The notes below the pieces were generated by a model that saw nothing but the letters and a program-made list of their open reading frames with translations, ran no database searches and had not been told where the DNA came from. The translations under genes were made by a program, and so were the position numbers. A stretch of 60,729 bases of DNA, the filler included, from Sphacelaria rigidula (lineage: Eukaryota): NCBI GenBank assembly GCA_964200075.2. It is 9 parts of 9 records of this genome, joined end to end, with 100 filler letters (N's around TTAATTAATTAA, not from the genome) between each part and the next. Parts side by side here need not be neighbours in the genome. Positions count along the whole stretch, not along the records: positions 47,314 to 53,971 come from CAXNAA020018784.1; positions 54,072 to 60,729 come from CAXNAA020018785.1; 7 more parts are not named here. One strand, written 5' to 3'. Positions within the stretch are counted from its first letter, which is position 1, and each line of letters opens with the position of its first letter. Below are positions 50,828-60,729 of this stretch, piece by piece.

Positions 50828-53227
50828 CAGTAGAGGTCCCGGTTTAGCGGTTCCTAGTGTCAAAGCGGGGAATTATCGCTAACGGGGACCAACCGCTCAA
50901 CCGGTTTAGCGGTTTTGAACCGCTCTTCTGGGTCCTTGTTTCGCAACCGCTAAACCGTGTAAAACCCGGTCAACTCGGCATGAGAGCAGCGTTGTGTTTG
51001 ATAGCATGTATTTTCGATAACGCCATGTGTGGCTGCTATATACAGCAGTACAGTATCACAGCAGTAGAATCAATGGTGGGACCACAGCTGTAATAGTGCA
51101 CAAGAGACTACGAATGTAGACCAATACGTATACTTCGAAGTAAAAAAATCATAGGAGAACTGTAGCCCCCCCACCCGGCTCACACCATTTCACCATCCTG
51201 ATACGTGTACAGTGTGTACACCACAAATGCTGGAGACCCCCTTCTACTGTACGCTACGGCATGTCTTCTTGCTAACATGTGTCAAGTACAGCGTGTGTAC
51301 TGCTGCACACGGGGCACACAAGAGCGCGGCGTACGATGTGGAGCATGGAATTACACTTCAGCGAAACGAAACAAAACAAGATGTTCAATCAAATCTCGTG
51401 CATCGAGCAGTATCGACTACGACTTGGAAAACATGGCCCTGATGTCTGTCTGCCTTGCTGGTCTTGCGGCGTACGCTGCGAGAAAGGACATCTTTGCCTT
51501 GCCAAGATGAAACCCTGCCTCTCCGATACCACACGACTCTGCGTACTGCTCTAGCTGCCCAAAAAGCGACGAGATATCCGAGTACGGCGGTGGCGCCATC
51601 GAAAACTCTCCTCCTGCACTCTCAACGTCCTCGGAGTCTAGCTCATCGCTAGAAGGGTCGATTTCCACGTGGGTGTCGTTCACAATCTCAAGGATCGCAT
51701 CCTTCGTATCTCGCACCAGAGCTTCGGCAATCTCTTCCTGCTCCTCGAGCTCTGCCCATTCCTGAGCCGCCTTGACGGCTGCAGGGTGGGCAGGCTTGCC
51801 CGGGGTGGCGTCAAGATGGGCCAGTACCTCGGACAACTCATGGTCTTGTACGCCGCCCCTCTTGGCCACCACGCCGACACCGATGCTAAGTGCGTTGAGG
51901 GCAGCCGTAAATTCCGCGGCCCCAGTGTTCGTGCAGCCATTGGTCGCCTTCCTCCCGGAGTCTCGCACAAGTTCGGCTTGATGAGCACCGGATAGTGTAC
52001 CAGCTTTAATCCAGCACCTGCCAACGCATCAGGCAGGCGGGGAGAGCAGGGTATTGGACAAGGAAGGTGAGGGGAATGCGGATCAGCGACGCCCCAGTTA
52101 AGTGGTGTGCTTCATTGCTTCCGTTGGCCAAACGTACGGGTCTGACAAAATACATCACCGTGCTGTCCATGAGAAAACGAGAGAGCCATACGAAAGAAAC
52201 GAGCCAACATGAAAGGCACCGCTCGACGAAAAGGAACCTACAGATATTCACAGCCATCATCTTTCAAAGATGTCCGGCGTGACATCGCCCCATGTCGCTT
52301 GAAGAAGTTCGGCCGCGTCGAGGAAGTGGGCTGGGTGGCCCTCCGCCAACCCCATCCTCCCTGCCACCATTTTGCACTCCTTCGCCTGGGCACGAAGGGT
52401 GCTCGTCACAGACATGGTCAATACCCGCATGCTCAGCAACCTCCTCCTGTAGTGGCGCTTGATAGTTGCGATGATGACCATGTCCATCGGCTGATGTTTG
52501 CTTGTGCAGTTGGGCGAATACGCCATTGTCTTAATCTGCCCTTTTGGGTCGATCTAGTCATCTTGCGACGCGCAGCCGTCCATCATCGGCAACACAGGCT
52601 TGTCAGTCCATATCTGTATGGACAGAACGAACAACTCGTTTCGCACCGTTTGAGAGTAGGACCGCCGGACCACGCGTTCGGCTGAGCCCAGTACAGTATT
52701 GGGCAAGGCGTCTAGCGGAAGCATCGAGAGCTCTTGGACTTGCCGATGATCGACATTTCGATCTTGACTGTCCCGGTCGCGTTGATGCCAATGTAGGCCG
52801 ACACGCCATCTTTCGCCTTCATTTCCATGGTGCCGCTCGCCGTCTTGCGGTTCTCCACCTTCGAGAGGCACGTGCGGTTCGGCAGCAGCCTGAAGATGCC
52901 TGTCTCGTCGACGTTAAATATGTTATTGAGGTCGTACTTCTTGGTTTCCTCGCGGATCGCTTCCATGTCTTCCCCACTCACCTCCTCGTCGACACTGCCG
53001 GCCTTGCCGTGCGGCGCGCTGGCCATCCCGTGACGGGAAATGAGGTTCTTGGCCCATTTCTCGCTAGCGGCGAACGTCGCGAGCTTTTTCTTGTCGGCAG
53101 CAGAAGTTGACCCGGCCCCCAACAACTTCTTCCTAGCGGCGACACCGAATGACATGATCGTAGCATGCGTCATAGGAAGCGGCACTTTCCTGGATTCCTC
53201 GACCATCGACATCACCATCGATTCCAC
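50828..53227 (-). mobile_element. pogo/Tigger (Tc1/mariner superfamily) transposon with DDE_1 transposase pseudogene (51417-53227)
   Basis: CENP-B-HTH-like FAASEKWAKNLISRHG, D1 FNVDETG, D2 MMDGCASQ, D3 QPMD. One frameshift and one stop. TA|cagtagaggtcccggtttagcgg terminus at 50828 with subterminal accgctaaacc repeats. The other end is not seen. Confidence 0.9.
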
Positions 53228-53304
53228 TTACGGAATTGACAATAGAGAGTTTCAGGGGAAAAGTATCAGAACTTAGGGATAAGCGAGAAACGGATGGATT
53301 GTTT

Positions 53305-53845
53305 CAAGGGTAGGTCGAGTAGATTATACTCGATACTCAGTATTTTGAAGGAAGCATACTTTTAGTACTCGAAGTTTGAGTAGAGTATTTGAGATCATAC
53401 TCGGTCTACTCGAACTTTGAGTAAAGTATTGAGGTCATACTCAAGTAATACTCTACACTCAAGTAACACTAAGAGTGTTCACTCAATATTTGAGTAGAGT
53501 ATTTGAGCTCGTACTCGATTTACTCCAAATCTGAGCAGAGTATTTGAGACCGTACTCAATCTATTCAAAATTTGAGTAGAGTACTTGAGGCCGTACTTGA
53601 CGTACTCAAAATTTGAGTAGAGTACTGAGGACATACTCGAGTGATACTCCATACTCAAGTATTACTGAGAGTGCTTACTCAAAATTTGAGTAGAGTATTT
53701 GAGGCCGTACTCGACCTACTCAAAATTTGAGTAGAGTATCTGAGACCGTACTCGACCTACTCAAAATTTGGGGAGAGTATTGGAGGCCGTACTCGACCTA
53801 CTCAGAATTTGAGTATAGTATCTGAGGCCGGACCCGATGTACCGA
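53305..53845. repeat. MITE end with ~41-bp tandem array
   Basis: Starts caagggtaggtcgagtag, as in 46752. About 12 units of gaggccgtactcgacctactcaaaatttgagtagagtattt. Confidence 0.85.
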
Positions 53846-55779
53846 AAACCTATAACTTCAACTTGACACTTTCTACGACAGCCCCCCCCCCGAAACCAGC
53901 TCAAAAGTGTCACGAAAAAAATGGCCATACAGCGTCTGATGTTTGGGTTCAGACAGCATGAAGCGCCTCATNNNNNNNNNNNNNNNNNNNNNNNNNNNNN
54001 NNNNNNNNNNNNNNNTTAATTAATTAANNNNNNNNNNNNNNNNNNNNNNNNNNNNNNNNNNNNNNNNNNNNCCGTCTACTCTCATCAACGGGCACCCCCG
54101 AAACAAAACCCCGCACAACGCGACAGGACCATGAACCACCCCCCCCCCCGTCAAACCCCCTATCCCAATCCAACCCCATCAAAACTGACCCTCGTATTCA
54201 AAACCGAAGCCGCAAACATAATATCCGTCAATCTCCCGCGCCGTCATCGGCTGCGATGCCGTCTTCATCGGCAGCGTCTTCAGCTTTATCTGCATCGTCT
54301 TCCTCATCATCGTCGCAGGGACTAGCGGCTGGGGTGAACCCAAGCCACCTTTTCTTCAATCCAGGGCCCCTTACAATACGATCCCCGGCACCAATGATCA
54401 GTGGCTTCTTCGCCGCTAATCTACTGCTCCGCGCACGAGGTGTTGGCACACATGCAATGAGAGCGTGCCTATCTCCGCCTTCACTGCCTACAGCGGCGGC
54501 AACGAAGTTGCCTCCACTACCTACATGGGGAATTTGCGACGAATGTCGATGGCCTTATCATCGACCGTTGCTTCCCACGTGAGGTACAAAAATGGGCATG
54601 TCTCCGCCGCTTCTAGGTATAACGTCGCCTTTGCTTTACACGTCTCCATGCCAGGCTCCAACATTTTCTTGAGTTGTTTGTCGTTAGGGTTAGGGTTAGG
54701 GCGTCCTCCGGAGTGTTGTTCATTTTATACTTTCCCCAGACGGGAATGTCCGGATGGGCGACGTGTTGGCCTTGTCTCGCGATCACGTGCAGCCTGTTGA
54801 CCTGATCTAGACTCGAAAACTGTGACCAAATTGGATTGCACGCGCGGCGGAGGTGAATGCGCGAGACGCGGTTTCTAGTCACGTCGCGAAGAGAGGAAGC
54901 AATAATGTGTAATACACTTCAATCATTCACTGAAGACGTGTGAAAACGATGGTACGACATCCCGCGACAAACCCCACCCCTCAGGTTCTCAGCGATACAC
55001 ACTCTGCATGATCCCAAACGAGGGATTCGAAGCGCGATACGCATTCTGTCTGGCATGCCGTGCCCGTTTCCTTCGAAATCTCCGCGTCGCGACTAGAAGG
55101 GTGGGAGGTGGCAAGACGACCCCCGAGTGATGGCCTTCTCACACGCCCGTCCCATAATTTAGGGCACTGAAGGACAATAATACGTTGTCTGGGTATAATG
55201 GTCGTTGTGACGGCTTTACAGATGGGTTCGTTACGAAGTTAGAGGGCAGACTCAGCCGACGTAAAGATAGCATAACGAATTCTCTACTTGAAATGGGCCG
55301 AAATATACCCGAGCATCGCACTTATTCTACTATTCCGAAGCACTCGTAGGAGGGTTTGGCCGTTGTCGAGCCGGACAGCGCTGATTTTACCAGCAAGGTT
55401 TGTCAGTGAAGAAGGCAGTGGGGTCCAACACACGGTAATGCGGAAAACTAGTGGTTGATTCGCGATCGTGATTACCGTTCGTTGTTTTTTTATAATATTG
55501 TTTCTCTCTGGAGTTTAGAAAGGAAGGTGTGCGGCCATTTTCGGGCTCGATTATTTGTTTTCATTCGTACGAAGCAAGCACCGAATGTAGACAACATATG
55601 CTTCCAACCGGAAATTGACCAAAAATATAAGACAAAGATCGGACCAAATCCCGGGCAAGTTGCAGGGCCTGTACAGTTCAAGGTATCCTCTTGTATGGTA
55701 CAGGAAAACTATATTTGACTCGCAAATGCGTCAAGAAAGATGCAAAAAGAACAAAACTGGTGCGTATGTGCCCATTAGC

Positions 55780-58700
55780 CTGATCACCACCTTGTCCTCA
55801 CTGTGCGACCCTCAACCGGCGAAGGAGCAGGTAAACAAGACTCGATATGAACACCGTTTGGGTCGCCCGAGGCACTCTCACCTCCACTGTGTATCCGAAC
55901 GGCTGCACCACGGTCTTCATGACCTCTCCAGCAGTCTTCAGCAGAAGTACCGGCGGCAGGAGTCAGCAATGCCGGCGGGGTCGTGTCGGCCGGCAGCTTC
56001 GACGGGTGCAACCCTGGGCCCACATACACTGCGCCGCCGATATCGTGCTGTCGAGAAATAGAGGGTGAAAACGAGCCCAGCGGCAGTTGGAAACATTGGT
56101 GAGAGTTCATGACACCTCTCACAAACGAAAACCTGTTACACCTGCATAAAGCCCCGCACTATTGCAATCAGGGAACACGACCTTCATTTTCGCTTGTTTA
56201 CAGGGGGTGGTGTTTCACACCCCTCAACTAGTACTACCGGAAAATATACAGTTAACTTCCGTGCCTGAGCATCGAGGCCGGTCACCGATCAGCCCGCGAC
56301 AGCGAATATATGTCTCAACTTTCCTAGAATAGAGTCAACTATCGACGGGGAACAACGCACCAGCTCCAAGGGCCGTGGAAGTCTTCACTTGTAGACTGCC
56401 TCGAATTCCTTCATGGCATCGCCTTCCCGTTCTTCAGCCGGCAGGCTTTCTCCCGTCTCTGATATCGTCTTGTTCACGGACGATATATAGTCCCCCACGA
56501 GCAGCTGGAGATCTTCCAATCCGTACGTACCGTCCATCATTTTGTGCACGCCGCTGTTCACAGAAATCGGAATCGAAAACATCAAACGTCGCACCACACG
56601 TCGCACCACATTCTGTGACAGGTCGACTAGTGTGCAGTGATATTTACGCACACGGCGGCGCATTCTTGCGTGGTCTCCATATAGACGGAGCACCTTAGCT
56701 CGGGCGGCGGCCGGGCTACAGATCAACGGCACTCACTCCTCAATCCTGTCCGTCCAAGCAAGACGAGGCACCACGCTCTCGATTCTCTCCACCAGGTTGT
56801 GCTCGATGCGGGCGTTTTTGGTGATCCGATCGCAATCTTTCGTTGTGGGTGTCATCTTGTTCGCCCTCGAATGTCTGTCGTGGTACGGTCGAAAATCGAG
56901 GATGAATGTTGTTTGGGTACCGTCCTTGAGATCTTTCGTAAGCATCGCGATACATTCGAAATAAAGATACATCTGCACTCTCCGCCTGTGAAATGTGGCC
57001 TCGCTCATCCTCGAAAACAGCCATCTGCACTTCGTGAAATCCGGTGTTCGCACGGAACGATATTGTCCTCCAGTGATTCTGGTACAAAACACTGCGATGA
57101 GTGAGGTCGCACATCACAGCCGGAGAATGCTTTTGTATTTTAATTTCGAAACCTTTTTGATGTTCATGAAGGTTCCCGAGGTTCGTCCTCTACCAAAAAT
57201 ACAATCTTCAATTTTGAAAATAGACTGCTTCGAGCGGAGGGGGGGGAGGGGCATGTGTAGTTATACCCTGGATAATTGGTCTTGACGGTCCATCAAACAG
57301 GACACATACCACATGACACACTCTCGTCATCCTTCGGTGCGGCGAATTAATGAACGATAACTCGAGATAATCACAACAAGCAACTGGATGTACCGGCGGT
57401 GCATACCTTACGAGCATATTGACGGCGATCGATTGCGCTGCGGGTTCGGCGTGTAGATCGCCGTAAGCCTTGCTCTTCAGGTACGTCAGCGAAATACATT
57501 TCGATACCAGGGTCCGACGTCTGGAACGCCTAGGCAATTGTTTTCATTGCTTCCGATGTAGTGGCGAAGCAGACCTTTTGCCAGTGCCGCATCGTCACTA
57601 GCGACGGAGAATTCAAACCCAGCTGTTTTCGGTGACGAGGGGACACTAACGGGCCGTGGAGAAAAACATGTAGCAGATGCGGTGGAATCGAGTCGGCCAT
57701 TTCAGCGTCCGTGGAAGTTCAAAATGATCCATAGCACCGTACACAACTTCTCCCGACTGAACAGAATATCGGTACCGGCTCCCACATCGAATCGCCGCCC
57801 CCCCGCTCCAGAGCGGCAACTTCACTGCGATCGTCGTGCGTGCTGCATTAAATACGTGGTCGAGGTCTGTCGTGTTCGCTGCACACTGAGTTGTTTCTCG
57901 GCGTATGAGCGGGTGGGAGATGCAGTATACTCGTCGTAAACCCTCCGGCAGCTAGTTTACAACAATACAAGCGGACTTGACTCGGTGCCGAGATGTAACA
58001 TAAATGACCCGCGGTGCACATGTGATACAATACGAATTTAAACTTCACCCAATACCCACTACAGTCCCCGTGTAATGCAGACCCGGATTTGTAGTACCCC
58101 ATATTTCACACTCCATTACTCACGTTCGTGAACTCCTATGCTGTTTGCTCCCCCGTAACGGCATCACTCCCCGTCCTCTCCTGGACCGACGTTATGGTCC
58201 CAACGTACATGTAAAGCTTGTCGTACGTGTTGCGGGGAGACAGAGTCTCGCGGACATCGTTTAAAGCTGTTTGAAGGCAGGCAGGCAGTAGCAACGCCTG
58301 CTTCTTCACTGTTGTGGTATGCAGGCTGCAGGGGGCGGTGCAGGGGATTGTGTAAGGGAGGGGTGGGGGGTGAGGGGGGAGGTAGAGCGAGGGACAGCGA
58401 GAACATCCTAATATTGCGGATAGTTGAAGGTCACGATCGGTATATGTTACCCACAAAGCCACCTGTACTCGTAATTCGACCACGTATCTGGGTTATATCA
58501 CTCTCGCATGAGTACTGATAAGCATGTTTTTCGGTAACACCTAACTTCGTAGCTAGTACCACGGTGTATGCATACGCCTCTACAGCGCAGCATAGGCAGT
58601 ACAATCCAGCGAGGACAGTATGGTAATAGAATATATGCATGTGAGATGTCGCCAACTAGGGCCACGTTCACGTTCAATTGCAGGGGCTATGACAGCATGT

Positions 58701-60400
58701 TATATGCTGTCATAATGACCCCAGCTGTTTCTCGTCACAACACTTCGATCGGGAAAAAACTGAATGATGCGGCGGCGTTTGCTTGGATCTTGGTGCGATC
58801 TCCACAATAATATTACAACATGGGATACCAGATGAATGGAAGTTTCTTTCGAGCTCCACTTCCGGTAGAATGGTGACCAATTTGCCGTGTATCAGGTGCT
58901 ATACCGCTGAAACAACCCCACCAATCAGGCAGTTGAAAATACCTAAATATTCCGGTATTTGTCGACATGTGTCCCATTCTCTGATCACGCTTCGGGTGCA
59001 CATGACCACTTGCACTAAGGATCACAGGATATGTGTCGCGACATTCTGACGGTCAGGTCTTGTTGATTTGTGGTCTCGGAAAGATTGATCCAAACGTGGA
59101 ACAACGCCAACTTCATCGTTGCTGTCCAAACATGACCAGCCGCCCATGCTGTCATAAACGTATTGGCATCGCCTACTCTCAAACACCCACTTACCAGAGG
59201 AATTAGTGTGGGGAGTGCGTTTATGCCTATTACAGAGGCGGGCCGCCTCGTGTTCGCGACCTCGATTGAACCCACGGAGCGGAGCATCGAATCATGTGGG
59301 CATACGGGCGGCTTGACTTCAAAAAGAACGAGAGCACGTGCCGTACCAGAAACCCGGTAAAAACATGGGGTCGATGTATGTTTCTGACGGCTTGGTGTGT
59401 AATCGTTTCTTCACAAGAGCGTTTGCTGTGTCGAAGAACCTCGTTGAGAACGCCAAGAGGAACCCGGTGCTCCATAGGTATCGAGAACCACGTGAGTACA
59501 GTATCTTATATCTCGTCACCAAGTTGGGGCAGATGTGTGACGACCGCTGTCGTGTAGCAAAGCGAACATATCATCATGTAGATTTCACAATATACGGCGG
59601 TACTGACTAGGCGAGCGCGACGTCAAAATAGACCGAAAACGTGTGCTACCACAGCCTGCTGTAACCGTGCTTTACTGTAGCGCCGGCGAACACATACCGG
59701 CTCACTGTTTCTTGCCGTCATACCCAGCGAAAACAACTGGAACAGGACTGCTGCCGAGATAGCCCCCCCCCAAAACCGGCCAAAAACGTGCACGGAGGCG
59801 ATGATCATAAGTGCCGTTAAAGCTGGTCTCGTGCTGCACGACGCGACTGATTTGGGCGTTAAAGCTGATTCCGGACTGCTACACGCCTCTCATGTGGGCG
59901 AGGTTGCTGCAAACCAGCCCAATAGTGGGATCGCAGGCGGTTCGTTGGATAGTGTCGGTGCACTTTTTGTGGGGGGGCTATCTCGGCATTAGTCACAGGT
60001 TTCAATCTTGAAATCTACTACTGTATCCAGGTTTACTGTATTGCGACCGTGGTCCGCCTCGGGACAGTTTAATCGGCTGACAGTCCAGGAACATTCGCGG
60101 GTTTCCAGATATCAGGGGCGATTATATGAACAGCCGGAGAGCTCAAGAAGTCAACCATTTGTTTTTGGAAGTAAAGACTCCGCTCGCAGTCGTTCGGGTG
60201 TACCTGGCCCTTCTCGCGTTGCCAGAATAGCGTCACACTGTCTGTAGTGTTGTTGGGAAACACGAAGCAGAGACATCAACAGCGTGCATGCAACTACGGA
60301 AACTGAAAGGTGCTCGTCGAAGACATACTGTTCCATACTATACTGACTTTGCGTGCACTTAACTGCGGGCTCAAAACCGGTCAGGAACGTTCCTGTATTG
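55780..60400 (-). pseudogene. Long eroded coding-like region of unknown family
   Basis: ORFs 56733-57092 and 56385-56732 are in frame and separated by one stop. Further same-strand protein-like fragments at 57208-57537, 57848-58310 and 59015-59740. No recognisable domain. Confidence 0.35.
59746..59994. mobile_element. MITE with ~24-bp TIRs and 4-bp TSD
   Basis: gactgctgccgagatagccccccc / gggggggctatctcggcattagtc, flanked by acag on both sides. The same TIR occurs at 40625-40648. Confidence 0.8.
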
Positions 60401-60729
60401 TTGTCTGTACATGGGTCCTACATTCACGTGTCGCAAAAATTATATCCACCTATATAGGTGGATCCTTGTTTCCAGTATCCTTTTATCATGACCGATCCCG
60501 CGTTGTTTTTTTTAACTCGGGAGCCCACATGTTTTTAATCAGCTGCCCGTTACGCGTGTGTGCAAACAAAGTGAAGCCTTCACGTGAAGTACCGTGGTGC
60601 AGGCAGTAGTCAGTAGCCATATCCTTTGCCTCTGCATCCACTGCCATGGATGTGCAGCTGCATATGAAGACGGTATAGTACTGTGTTGTATTGGCAAAGC
60701 ACAGCTACCTACTGTGCTCGCGAGTACAA

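Noticed and set aside
53340..53845. CRISPR-like array of palindromic repeats
   Set aside because: Units are contiguous with no unique spacers, there are no cas genes, and the context is a eukaryotic MITE.

Overview
This is eukaryotic, repeat-rich DNA. Gene content and exon style point to a brown alga (Phaeophyceae); that assignment is inference. The window is not one locus. It is nine contigs of near-identical length (seven of 6659 bp, two of 6658 bp) joined by artificial 100-bp N44-TTAATTAATTAA-N44 spacers, so neighbours across spacers mean nothing. Host genes found: (i) an 11-exon partial gene (27132-33120, +) for a right-handed beta-helix protein resembling PL9-type polysaccharide lyases, fused through acidic and Pro/Thr-rich linkers to WSC domains; (ii) one internal exon of a GH18/CHID1-like gene; (iii) the first exon of an Orn/Lys/Arg decarboxylase-like gene with a probable plastid-targeting leader; (iv) one unassigned exon. 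Mobile DNA dominates. It includes a degenerate Ty3/gypsy element, the 5' half of an unusual retroelement (candidate PBS, ~2.1-kb leader, ~1400-codon Gag-like frame broken by one TAG and one frameshift, then an in-frame TGA-C), and a pogo/Tigger transposase pseudogene. It also includes several LINE 3' ends, a tRNA-derived SINE family, hAT-like MITEs with 8-bp TSDs, foldback elements and tandem arrays. Contigs 8 and 9 hold eroded coding-like DNA that I could not assign. No CRISPR array, rRNA or intact tRNA gene is supported.
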